Source of the DNA: a virus
Lineage: Duplodnaviria; Caudoviricetes
Reading direction: 5' to 3' (one strand)
Length of the DNA stretch: 64,000 nucleotides
IMG/VR virus record: IMGVR_UViG_3300031867_000021
Coordinates: 1 to 64,000 of that record
This document shows positions 37,422 through 46,275 of this stretch, piece by piece (position 1 is the stretch's first letter; each line of letters opens with the position of its first letter). Both the position numbers and the translations under genes were made by a program. The notes beneath the pieces were generated by a model, which did not search any database, was not told the DNA's origin, and was given only the letters and a program-made list of their open reading frames with translations.

Positions 37422-38132
37422 CTATCTCTCGCAGCAGTCATTTCTGACCTGAAGCCTCAGATGGTTCGCCAGAACGTAACCTTCCTGCCCCTCGTAGGTC
37501 ACTTTGTTCCAGACCGGAGTGCCACCTGTGACGAAGACTTCTGCACCTGCAGGAATCTGTCCGACTGCCTCAAACTTACGTCCGGGACCGGAGCGAAGAT
37601 TAACGGCTTTTCCGTCCTTCTCATCCAGGATGATTCTGGCCGCAACGGCTGCGGATTCTCTCTGCGGCGGCTCCACCTTCCGAAGCTGAGCATGATATCC
37701 CCATTTTTCGGTATCATGATCCAGCCTCATTCTGGCCTTGCTCATGCTGCGTATACGAAGCGGGTGGACGCTCACTACCACGCCCACCCGCCTGTAATCC
37801 TTCAGATCCCCATTGAAACAGTCGCCGAATCTTCCATAGCATTCTTCCAGTTCATACCCACCCTGATTGACTTCAAAGGCAGCCAGAACGATTTCTCCCG
37901 CACCGAGCGGAACATCCTTTTCAATCGGCCGAATGCGCCCGCGAATCTCGTTCCGGGCCAGATGATTGCAGGTCGCTGCTCCACGCCACTGTTCACCGTT
38001 CCTGCGCAGCGCACCGATGATCAATCCGGGATTGTCGCAGTATCCATGTTCTCCGTCGCAACCGACCCGGAATCCAGGATCCTCCGTCGCGATCTGCTCG
38101 ACCGCCATAATGAACTTCTGAATCGTGACCAT
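37422..38132 (-). CDS. NlpC/P60-like plus SH3b protein lacking the catalytic Cys/His
   Basis: CDNPGLIIGA where DC.G is expected, DYRRVGVV where YHVG is expected; intact SH3b (VNLRSGPG). Confidence 0.6.
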   Translation of the reverse strand: MVTIQKFIMAVEQIATEDPGFRVGCDGEHGYCDNPGLIIGALRRNGEQWRGAATCNHLARNEIRGRIRPIEKDVPLGAGEIVLAAFEVNQGGYELEECYGRFGDCFNGDLKDYRRVGVVVSVHPLRIRSMSKARMRLDHDTEKWGYHAQLRKVEPPQRESAAVAARIILDEKDGKAVNLRSGPGRKFEAVGQIPAGAEVFVTGGTPVWNKVTYEGQEGYVLANHLRLQVRNDCCER

Positions 38133-38155
38133 TTCCCTATCCTCATCCCCGGAGG

Positions 38156-38629
38156 TTACTTGTTATCAGTGCAATAGAAAACTCCGCCGATGTTGCCGAA
38201 GATTTCCTTTGCCAACTCCTGATACAGCGTGCTCCGGTTTCCGTGAGCGTCACCGAGATCATCGTTGAAATATTGCACGACTTCCTTTTCAAAAATCACA
38301 TAAGTGATCGGATTGCTCATGAAGGCTTCCGTGGTTGACCAGATTTCAGAAACGGCTCTGTTTCCGGCAAAAGCATCCCGGAACAGCTTCTCCGGGGTTT
38401 CATTTTCGTTCGCCGGAACAATGGTGATCGTCATCACGATATTGCCGAACACTTTCTCTTTCGGCAGCAGCTTGCTCAGAGCATCGGCCTTGCGCGTGTT
38501 AGCCACGAGCAGCTTTATCTCGTAGGTATCCTCGTCATACTTGACGGTCACTTCGGGATCTTTCTCGAACATGGCTTTCAGGGCGCCGGAGAATTCAAAC
38601 CAGGGCGGCGATAATTTGGTTTTATTCAT
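38156..38629 (-). CDS. Conserved hypothetical protein (LSPPW...VVQYFNDD..D..GN.STLY)
   Basis: RBS AGGAGG; ORF track. Confidence 0.6.
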   Translation of the reverse strand: MNKTKLSPPWFEFSGALKAMFEKDPEVTVKYDEDTYEIKLLVANTRKADALSKLLPKEKVFGNIVMTITIVPANENETPEKLFRDAFAGNRAVSEIWSTTEAFMSNPITYVIFEKEVVQYFNDDLGDAHGNRSTLYQELAKEIFGNIGGVFYCTDNK

Positions 38630-38666
38630 TCTTCCTACCTCCTATAAAATTATTTTATTAAACCAC

Positions 38667-38695
38667 TTGACAATCGTATTTTTTGGGTTCAGAAT
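38667..38695 (+). promoter_or_regulatory. Possible promoter for the recombinase gene
   Basis: TTGACA-17 bp-CAGAAT. Confidence 0.4.
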
Positions 38696-38703
38696 AAAAG
38701 ACG

Positions 38704-38741
38704 AAAAAAAGAGCGTTGGTGTCTTGCACGCACCATCGCTC
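38704..38741 (-). terminator. Minus-strand intrinsic terminator upstream of the recombinase gene
   Basis: GAGCGATGGTG...CACCAACGCTC followed by T7. Confidence 0.5.
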
Positions 38742-38832
38742 TGCGGAAGATGTGGGTTGGGCACATCATCCATGGAAATAATGATACCACACTCTTTCGC
38801 TATAATCAACAAAGAAAGGGTGTGTTTTGTTT

Positions 38833-39816
38833 ATGGCAACGCAGGATAAGGTTTTACTCATAAACCAGATCGAAGGAACTCTCAAACCAAGGATGTTCGC
38901 CAACCTTCTCGAGGAAGCCGTTACTGAAATCCAGGAGCACCTTGACGAATACGATGTAACACATCTCGCAGCGGAGTCCACCGGATCCGACGATATGCTG
39001 GACACCTACATCAATGCAAAGAAGGTCAGCGGCAGATCCGAAAAGACGCTTGTGCGTTATCGGTATGTGATAGAAAGGTTTCTGAAGGCAGTGAACGTGA
39101 AAACAAAAGATATCACTACCGAACATATCCGAAATTATTTTGCTAAAGAAATGACGCGCGGTGTGGCTGAAAGTACAGTTGACGGGATTCGCCAGATCTT
39201 GTGCGGGTACTTCGGTTGGCTGGAACATGAGAAGATGATCCGTGCGAACCCTATTTCCAGCATCGAAGCAATCAAGTTTCAAAAGAAAGAACGAACATCA
39301 ATGTCTGATGCGGATATGGAACTTTTGAAACGGCACTGCCAAAATATCCGTGACCGCGCCATCTTCCATTTTCTGCTGGCCACTGGTTGCCGAATCAGTG
39401 AAGTCACCAGTCTGAACCGCACTGACGTTGATCTGGACAACGGAGAATGCATTGTCCTCGGAAAAGGAAATAAGGAACGCACCGCGTTTCTGGATGACGT
39501 AGCGATTTTGACATTGCGCGAATATCTATCCAGCCGGAACGATACGTGCGAAGCACTGTTTGTAAATAAAAATGGCGGTCGGCTCCAGCCCGGTGGTGTC
39601 CGTGCAATGCTTAAGGTACTTTCGGAGAAAGCGGGAGTAGATAATGTGCATCCGCATCGGTTTCGCAGGACAATGGTTACCCGGTTGCTTAATCGCGGAA
39701 TGCCTATCCAAGAAGTCGCTATCATTGTCGGGCACGAAAAAGTTGACACAACCATGCGGTACTATTCATCGAATAAAAACCGGATCAGGAATTCATATCG
39801 AATCTATATGGCTTGA
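38833..39816 (+). CDS. Tyrosine recombinase (XerC/D-like)
   Basis: Complete catalytic set: GCRISE (R), GKGNKER (K), HPHRFRR (HxxR), GHE (H), TMRY (Y); SAM-like N-terminal domain. Confidence 0.93.
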   Translation: MATQDKVLLINQIEGTLKPRMFANLLEEAVTEIQEHLDEYDVTHLAAESTGSDDMLDTYINAKKVSGRSEKTLVRYRYVIERFLKAVNVKTKDITTEHIRNYFAKEMTRGVAESTVDGIRQILCGYFGWLEHEKMIRANPISSIEAIKFQKKERTSMSDADMELLKRHCQNIRDRAIFHFLLATGCRISEVTSLNRTDVDLDNGECIVLGKGNKERTAFLDDVAILTLREYLSSRNDTCEALFVNKNGGRLQPGGVRAMLKVLSEKAGVDNVHPHRFRRTMVTRLLNRGMPIQEVAIIVGHEKVDTTMRYYSSNKNRIRNSYRIYMA

Positions 39817-39820
39817 CAAA

Positions 39821-39856
39821 GGAACCGGGATGCAATCGCACCCCGGTTTTTCTTTG
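39821..39856 (+). terminator. Terminator after the recombinase gene
   Basis: AACCGGGATGC-aatc-GCACCCCGGTT followed by a T-tract. Confidence 0.7.
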
Positions 39857-39886
39857 CCTTTTGCCTTACGTTTGACCCCGACTAAT

Positions 39887-39906
39887 TGATTTAAAGTCCT
39901 ATTTAA
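39887..39906 (+). other. Putative recombinase core site B
   Basis: TGAT-TTAAA-GTCCTA-TTTAA (5-bp inverted arms, 6-bp spacer). Confidence 0.55.
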
Positions 39907-39911
39907 CGAAC

Positions 39912-40097
39912 TTAACTTATTGCATTGGGATAATGTTGTTTCATCTTGCTCCAGATGTAGTTTGCACTCTGCTTCGCTCCAAGTGCATTCGGATGAATGT
40001 TGTCAATGAAATACTGCGGAGTATTCTCGCTAATCTGACTTCCGGCATATTCCTTAATAACAGGGATGCCAAGAAACGCATCACAAAAACTTATCAA
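39912..40097 (-). pseudogene. C-terminal remnant of an SGNH/GDSL esterase domain
   Basis: Block V motif DNIHPN..GAK; no RBS and no N-terminal blocks; directly behind the fibre stop codon. Confidence 0.65.
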
Positions 40098-40107
40098 AGA
40101 CCTTCAA

Positions 40108-42786
40108 TTATACAGTGTTCAGCAATAACGGTAAATTGTTGAAATTATATTCGCCAAGAAGATTGTTGTTCGGGTCTTGCAGACTTACATCCGCTCCGTT
40201 GTTTCCAAACGCACCGAAATTCTGGAAATTATAATTATATGTGCCGCCTGTATATCCACTGATGACTGCAAATCTTGCTCCATACTGTTGGTGTGGTGCG
40301 TATGATATGCTATTGCGAACGGTAAGTCCTTGATTTGTTTGATTGTCCGCCAACCCGGTATGTACAAACAATCCGCCATGCCCAACGTCTCCGAATGTAC
40401 CGTCACATTCGCTTATAAAAGTGCAATTTTCAAACGTAAAGTCGCAATCCTTACATGTACCAATGCCAACAGCCGCACCTGCATTGCTAACAAATTTGCA
40501 ATTTATGAATTTAACTTTGCAGGAACCGAAATCAACGTGAACGGCATAGGCAAATGTTCTGCCTTGTGTCTGCGTGTGGTGTTCCTCATCTGTCATGTTT
40601 ATAAAACTGATTCCTTGAATTGTTCCGTTTGTCTGTATTTCTGCGGGTGGATATGAATAATCACCCAAATTGTCAAAAACTATCGTGGTGTTTGAATCAT
40701 ATCCAAACAGCGAAATCCATCGTGGCGTTTGATAAGTTGCACCACGCAGTTTGAACCGTTCATAATTGCCGGGTAGTATGACAATCGTATATGGTTTAGA
40801 TGGGCTATCATCTTTAATACTGTCAATGGCGTCCTGTATGGTTGTATAATCACACCCATTCTGATTCCCGACATATATTATTGTTGGTATATTGTGTTTT
40901 AATTCACGTCCATTCCTGTATAGGATAACATCAAGACAATAATTGTTACCGCAATAAGACCAAATGTCTGTGCTTTCGGACGATGGAATATATTTGTTTG
41001 TGTCAGTTGACCCGGAAGGCATCGCAGTACAATTTGATGTTGTTTCGTTCGGCGTTGATGCGACGTTGCCTGTTGCGGCTTTAATGCTCACATAAAAATT
41101 TCCGGACAATTGTACAGGTGAATCGAAAACGGCATCAACCCATTGCATTGCGCTGTTTGATTGTACTGCAACCGTTTTTGATGCAAGCACACTTGTAAAT
41201 GATCCATCCCAAATTGCAATTTCAACATTAATCGTTGCTGAAGCACCAGAGCATCTGGCATAAACCGATACTTTATCAACTTCACCAGTAAAAGAATATC
41301 GTGTTGCAAATGCCCGAAACGTAGTAGAACCAACACCTTCAACGCTTGTATCAAATCCTTTGAATTCATTAACAAATGCGTTATTTGATATATCATCAAA
41401 AGCAGATTCTGTTCTATCGCTTAATTGATTTATTTCTGTATCAATTGTATTTATCGCACCGTTAATTTCTGCATCAATGGTTCTTTTCAAATTTGCAAGT
41501 GCACCATTGATGTAGTTAATTACGACATAAGCATTAGGTGAAAACTGTGTGCGTGTGCTAAAACGAACATAACACGTTCCCTGCGGAATAGTAACGCTGT
41601 CAGAGCTGAAATGCCCGTCAAAATCTCCATTCCCACTATCTGGAATCATTTCTTTATTTTCATCATAGAAAGCATAACCATAACAGTACGCTTTCCATGA
41701 CGAATTATTAAAATCAAAAAGCTCAAATTTATCATTTTGTGAAAACGGACATAATTCAGATATGGAAAAACTGTCAGATGGCCCGGTCGGATTCCCCGTC
41801 ATACCTATATAGTAACCAACAGCCAAAGGAACGGTTAGCGTGTTTATTGCACCGTTAATTTCTGCATCAATGGTTCTTTTCAAATTTGCAAGTGCACCAT
41901 TGATGTAGTTAATTACGACATAAGCATTAGGTGAAAACTGTGTGCGTGTGCTAAAACGAACATAACACGTTCCCTGCGGAATAGTAACGCTGTCAGAGCT
42001 GAAATGCCCGTCAAAATCTCCATTCCCACTATCTGGAATCATTTCTTTATTTTCATCATAGAAAGCATAACCATAACAGTACGCTTTCCATGACGAATTA
42101 TTAAAATCAAAAAGCTCAAATTTATCATTTTGTGAAAACGGACATAATTCAGATATGGAAAAACTGTCAGATGGCCCGGTCGGATTCCCCGTCATACCTA
42201 TATAGTAACCAACAGCCAAAGGAACGGTTAGCGTGTTTATTGCGCTCTTTAAATCAGTAACCGCCTCCCCCATTTCGGTGTAATCTTCCGGGATTGATTC
42301 GAGAACTTCCTCTGCCGCGGTTGCCGAAGCTGCGGCCGCAGAGGCAGAACCGGCCGCAGCAGTCGCACTTCCAGCCGCCGCAGTCTCATGAGAAGCCGCC
42401 TGCTCAGCATAATACTTCGCGTTGTTGTGATACGCCACATCTGTTGATCCTACATCCGCGCCGTGGCGTCTCCCGATCGCATAGGCTTCCGCATCGGCAA
42501 CCCTGTCAGCCGCGTCTTCCGCATGTCCTTCGGCATCATCAACGCACTGCTGAGCATCCGCCAGGGCGTCAGCGGCTTCCTGAGCACTGGCCGCCGCCGC
42601 CTGAGCCGCCGTTTCGGCTGAAGTCTTTGACCCTGAAGCCTGATCCGCATACTGCGCAACCAGTCTCGCGTTCTGGGCAAACTCCGCCTGATCCTGACAA
42701 AACTGGGCATAAGTTCCCGCATAGCCGCCCCGCACAGCAGCGCCGTAAGCAGTTACGATCCCGGCTGAATATCTTCTGTCTGCCAT
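40108..42786 (-). CDS. Tail fibre/receptor-binding protein with a pectin-lyase-like beta-helix C-terminus
   Basis: Ala-rich constant N-terminus (AY..AV..GY.GT, YHNNAKYY) up to DLKSA; then CDYTTIQDAID...TIVILPGNYE beta-helix start. Confidence 0.8.
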   Translation of the reverse strand: MADRRYSAGIVTAYGAAVRGGYAGTYAQFCQDQAEFAQNARLVAQYADQASGSKTSAETAAQAAAASAQEAADALADAQQCVDDAEGHAEDAADRVADAEAYAIGRRHGADVGSTDVAYHNNAKYYAEQAASHETAAAGSATAAAGSASAAAASATAAEEVLESIPEDYTEMGEAVTDLKSAINTLTVPLAVGYYIGMTGNPTGPSDSFSISELCPFSQNDKFELFDFNNSSWKAYCYGYAFYDENKEMIPDSGNGDFDGHFSSDSVTIPQGTCYVRFSTRTQFSPNAYVVINYINGALANLKRTIDAEINGAINTLTVPLAVGYYIGMTGNPTGPSDSFSISELCPFSQNDKFELFDFNNSSWKAYCYGYAFYDENKEMIPDSGNGDFDGHFSSDSVTIPQGTCYVRFSTRTQFSPNAYVVINYINGALANLKRTIDAEINGAINTIDTEINQLSDRTESAFDDISNNAFVNEFKGFDTSVEGVGSTTFRAFATRYSFTGEVDKVSVYARCSGASATINVEIAIWDGSFTSVLASKTVAVQSNSAMQWVDAVFDSPVQLSGNFYVSIKAATGNVASTPNETTSNCTAMPSGSTDTNKYIPSSESTDIWSYCGNNYCLDVILYRNGRELKHNIPTIIYVGNQNGCDYTTIQDAIDSIKDDSPSKPYTIVILPGNYERFKLRGATYQTPRWISLFGYDSNTTIVFDNLGDYSYPPAEIQTNGTIQGISFINMTDEEHHTQTQGRTFAYAVHVDFGSCKVKFINCKFVSNAGAAVGIGTCKDCDFTFENCTFISECDGTFGDVGHGGLFVHTGLADNQTNQGLTVRNSISYAPHQQYGARFAVISGYTGGTYNYNFQNFGAFGNNGADVSLQDPNNNLLGEYNFNNLPLLLNTV
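41456..42243. repeat. Exact in-frame tandem duplication, 2 x 393 bp (131 aa)
   Basis: 41456-41850 equals 41849-42243 by manual comparison; the protein repeat is identical. Confidence 0.92.
42237..42256 (-). other. Putative recombinase core site A, in frame within the fibre gene (DLKSAI)
   Basis: Minus strand reads TGAT-TTAAA-GAGCGC-AATAA; inverted relative to site B; coincides with the GC step. Confidence 0.55.
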
Positions 42787-42820
42787 AGAGCTTCCTCCCC
42801 ACAAAAAAGCAATTTTAAAG

Positions 42821-43291
42821 TCACTGCTGATGAATCGTTACAATAAGTTCGCCGGTGTTTTCATTCACAGAAAACGAAACATCATCATCAATCGCCTGAA
42901 TCACAGTCACATACATGTTTCCGTCATTTTGATCCACGTCGAACCAGGCATATCCGGCTTCCTTTTCCAGATTTTCAATCGCCTCATCCGCCCGGTCGAT
43001 CGCGTCCTGAATGTCATCAAGCTGAGCATTAATCATGCTGGCGCAATTATCAGCAAAATATTTCGCATTGTAATGGAAATATGTTCCCGATTCTACAGCC
43101 GTCCCATCCTGCTCTCCTACTGCGTATCCTTCCGCTTTCAAGGCGCTTGCTGCGGCCTCTGCTGCTTTTTGTATAGCCAGGGCCGTCACGTCAGCCCCTA
43201 CCGCCGTGCTGATTCTCTCAAGAGCCTGAGCGATCCTCAGGAACTCCGGGTCAGCCAGCGGCAAATAACCGAACTCTCTGTTGACCGACAC
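42821..43291 (-). CDS. Tail fibre-associated protein
   Basis: Shares AE.YA.G...Y..NAKY motifs with the fibre N-terminus. Confidence 0.55.
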   Translation of the reverse strand: MSVNREFGYLPLADPEFLRIAQALERISTAVGADVTALAIQKAAEAAASALKAEGYAVGEQDGTAVESGTYFHYNAKYFADNCASMINAQLDDIQDAIDRADEAIENLEKEAGYAWFDVDQNDGNMYVTVIQAIDDDVSFSVNENTGELIVTIHQQ

Positions 43292-43306
43292 GATATCACC
43301 CCTCTC

Positions 43307-44098
43307 TTACTCAAATCTGGCCCCGCGCACCACACCATTGACCGTCAGACTGGCGAACGTCGGGGAGGAAGTCATATTCAGCTCCTGATTGACCCTGTCA
43401 TGCAGCGTGTCGAGCCATTCCTTGTCGGTCGTCGACATATAGCCGTGCTTTGCGGTCGTCGCGTCGTCATGATCATGGTCGGCCGTCGCGAAGAAATCGG
43501 CATCGTGCCCGTCCAGTGTGTTCGCGTCTCCCGTGATATCCACATCGAACTTTCCATTAGCATTCAGCCGCAGGAGCTTACCGGCTTCTTTTTCGTCCTC
43601 GCTGGAAAGCACATCATCATTTGTGATCATTCCAGACTGAGAAATCATCACGGTAATGTTCGCAGAACCATTGAACACATACGGAATATCGTAAACCCGC
43701 TGCACCGTTGCGGTCGCCTCTGACAGAATCAGGTCCGGTGTGCCCCCGAAAGTCATATAACTGAACAGGCACTCTGAATTCGCGATATCGTTCCCCTGCG
43801 CGTCCACGAGCTTTGCAAAAACACCAATTTCGTCCACATAAGTCGCGGCCTCCAGATTGGAATTCAGATACTGCACCGTCACAATCATGACTCCGTTGCT
43901 CCGGGTTATTTTTCGGGCAATCACAGCATCCCTGAACTTCGCGATCAATTGAGTATAGTTCTCCAGGATCGCCGCATCGGCAGCAACTCCGGTTCCGAGT
44001 TCCGCCCGGGTAAAAACAACCCTGGCATCCGTGCCAAGCGCAGTGGCCAGAAGGTTTCGACCCACAGCCGTAATAACGTTTTCAACCGCTCTACTCAT
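43307..44098 (-). CDS. Tail-collar/proximal fibre protein
   Basis: IT..G..LLA...FTRAELG.G...EIGVFA; DA.TLDG.DA motif. Confidence 0.65.
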   Translation of the reverse strand: MSRAVENVITAVGRNLLATALGTDARVVFTRAELGTGVAADAAILENYTQLIAKFRDAVIARKITRSNGVMIVTVQYLNSNLEAATYVDEIGVFAKLVDAQGNDIANSECLFSYMTFGGTPDLILSEATATVQRVYDIPYVFNGSANITVMISQSGMITNDDVLSSEDEKEAGKLLRLNANGKFDVDITGDANTLDGHDADFFATADHDHDDATTAKHGYMSTTDKEWLDTLHDRVNQELNMTSSPTFASLTVNGVVRGARFE

Positions 44099-44101
44099 CG
44101 C

Positions 44102-45070
44102 TTATTCCTCCTGTTCTGCAGCTCCCTGAAGCCCGACCTGCATAAAGTCGGATCCAAGCCGTGTATCTGTCGTAATATTTGTATTAGCCACAGTATCAAT
44201 GATTTCATAAACGACATCAACTCCGGCGGGCCGTGGCGCAATCAGGTCGCCACGAACCATCTGCTTCTGAATATCTGACAACTTTCCACGAATCTGGTAT
44301 TTCATGGTCATCAGTCCTGTTTCCGGATCAACGCCGCCATCTGTAAAAGAAAAACCGTAGTTGGAGAAAACTGCTCTCAAGATGTTCGTAAGCCCTTGGT
44401 TGGTTCCGTCCCACATGTTTGAGGCGATCCGCGCCTGAATCAGCAGCCTGAAATCGTCATCGTTCAAAAGTCCGTCCGAGCCTTCTATTGCAAACGGAAG
44501 CTGACGTTCCGCTCCGACAATGGCGCCAATGAAATCAAGCTGCCTGCCGACAGCAGAAGTCAGGTCAAAATCCAGGAGCGTCTGTTCGAGCATGTTTCCG
44601 ATTTCGATCCCCTGCACGCAGCACAAAAGCACGAACTCCGCGAACCGGCTCCGCTCAGGCGTGTAGGATTCTACGATGTAGAAATATGTAAAAGGCAGGG
44701 CTGAATCTTCAACCCCGCTGACCACAATTCTGCTAAATCTGCTGAAATTCTGCCCGGAAGCGGTTTCCTCCGGAAGGTCGAACGTTTTGCCGTTCAATCC
44801 TTCATTGCCGGCGGCCACTGTGGCAATGAGCCTTTCCTCTTCCTGTCCTCCGGTTCTGACCCTGTAATAAACCCGAAGTTCCGCATTTGAATTCTTGCTT
44901 GTTGTGCTGATGTAAACTTCGTTTCCAATCAACTGATTCAGATAGGCGATACTGGCTGTTTTTTCCGGCCCTTCGCCTGAATATGTGACATCAAAAATCG
45001 TCCAGATTTCGCCCTCTCTCGGAATCCGATGCGCCGGCGGAATCATTTCCTCGTATCTCTGATAATCCAT
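44102..45070 (-). CDS. Baseplate wedge protein (DUF2612-like) with an N-terminal extension
   Basis: FDL.SAVG.QLD.IG..VG..R...WDGT...PRPAGV. Confidence 0.75.
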   Translation of the reverse strand: MDYQRYEEMIPPAHRIPREGEIWTIFDVTYSGEGPEKTASIAYLNQLIGNEVYISTTSKNSNAELRVYYRVRTGGQEEERLIATVAAGNEGLNGKTFDLPEETASGQNFSRFSRIVVSGVEDSALPFTYFYIVESYTPERSRFAEFVLLCCVQGIEIGNMLEQTLLDFDLTSAVGRQLDFIGAIVGAERQLPFAIEGSDGLLNDDDFRLLIQARIASNMWDGTNQGLTNILRAVFSNYGFSFTDGGVDPETGLMTMKYQIRGKLSDIQKQMVRGDLIAPRPAGVDVVYEIIDTVANTNITTDTRLGSDFMQVGLQGAAEQEE

Positions 45071-45072
45071 TC

Positions 45073-46275
45073 TTATTCCACCTCAATTACCCAGACATTC
45101 GGTGAAGTCTCCGTCAGCGTTGTCACGGTTCCGGCATTTTTCCACATATAATCATAAGGCGCCACAAGCGTATCGCTCTGGACGCTTTCGCCATGCCCCG
45201 CCACATACAGGTTTGAGATAGAGAAAATCGGATAAGCGGCCTTATTTGCGCTGAATATAATCCCATGCAGCAGACCGACAATCAGGTTTTCCCCGACACC
45301 CAGCGAATTGATATACTCGGAAACGACCCGTGGAATATCTTCTGAAAGCAGCGTAGGCTCAAACTCCGCAAATATTCGCAGCGTCATCGATACTTTGACG
45401 TTTTCCTTTGTCGGCCGGCTGAATCGAATCTCATTCTCGTGATTGTATTCATCTACATAAATCACGGCTTCTGTTCCGCTAAGCCCACACCCAGGAGCTT
45501 TTTTTAACCACAAAACCTCCGCAATATCAGCATCTTCTCCGCCATCTACAACAGCGCAGATGGAATGGGCCGGAATATCCCCCGGCGTGGATGTCCTGTT
45601 TTCGACCACATTGACCGAGTTGACTCCGCTCACATTTACCAGGGCACCCACAATCCCGCTCATGATGGATCTTGACGGAAGCGAAACACTTGCACTCCTG
45701 CGCTTGCGCAACTGCGCGTCCGTCTCAATCTCGTTACCAAGAATCGCCGGTGCTTCGTTTGTCACGCCGTACCAGTGAACAACAGCCGTATTGATCTCAT
45801 TGATTGCACCAATACCTGCGGCAATGGCCCCTGTCTCTGTGCAGTATGCGGTCGCTGTGGCTTTACCTTCATTGTTAAAAGTCACAGGCTCCTGAATCTG
45901 CCAGACATGAGAATCTATGTCAATTGCCTGTAGTCCAGCCGGAAGGGTTACGCCCGCCGTCCCGGTCAGCGTGAGAACCGCAGAGGAGCTTGTGGCCTGT
46001 TTGCGGACAATACCGTTGAGTGGCACCAGAAGGTCAAGGGCTGAATCCGTCGCATAATTCGGATTTCTGGAGTTGTAGTTATCCAGGAGCACCGAACCCA
46101 GATCATCCCAGCACTTCGCCACAATCGAAAGCAGCTGATAATCCATGGTATCCGGCTCAATATACACATCTGAGCCGAAAATCTTCCGATATCCGGCAAT
46201 CAGATCCTCCAGTCTCTCCGCATAACTCGGAAGGTGGATCCCACCCTCATCGAGATAAGGCGCGAAGTAGCTCAT
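45073..46275 (-). CDS. Baseplate J/gp47 protein
   Basis: A...LD......GI.RK.AT; ETDA.LR.RR; IPAHSI..VVDGG. Confidence 0.88.
   Translation of the reverse strand: MSYFAPYLDEGGIHLPSYAERLEDLIAGYRKIFGSDVYIEPDTMDYQLLSIVAKCWDDLGSVLLDNYNSRNPNYATDSALDLLVPLNGIVRKQATSSSAVLTLTGTAGVTLPAGLQAIDIDSHVWQIQEPVTFNNEGKATATAYCTETGAIAAGIGAINEINTAVVHWYGVTNEAPAILGNEIETDAQLRKRRSASVSLPSRSIMSGIVGALVNVSGVNSVNVVENRTSTPGDIPAHSICAVVDGGEDADIAEVLWLKKAPGCGLSGTEAVIYVDEYNHENEIRFSRPTKENVKVSMTLRIFAEFEPTLLSEDIPRVVSEYINSLGVGENLIVGLLHGIIFSANKAAYPIFSISNLYVAGHGESVQSDTLVAPYDYMWKNAGTVTTLTETSPNVWVIEVE

Noticed and set aside
38833-39816. Recombinase as the prophage integrase marking an att boundary
   Set aside because: Phage late genes continue on both sides (fibre and lysis); no host genes, tRNA or repressor switch are adjacent. 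Not fully excluded
39933-40142. Plus-strand ORF in frame with site B as a stored alternative fibre tip
   Set aside because: It is the antisense of the SGNH remnant and does not look like a protein; inversion would at most give a truncated fibre
41456-42243. Repeat pair in the fibre gene as a DGR template/variable repeat
   Set aside because: The copies are identical and tandem, with no adenine-specific mismatches and no reverse transcriptase in the window
42814-42822. Third TTTAAAGTC match to site B upstream of the fibre gene
   Set aside because: Only 9 bp with no second arm; may be chance
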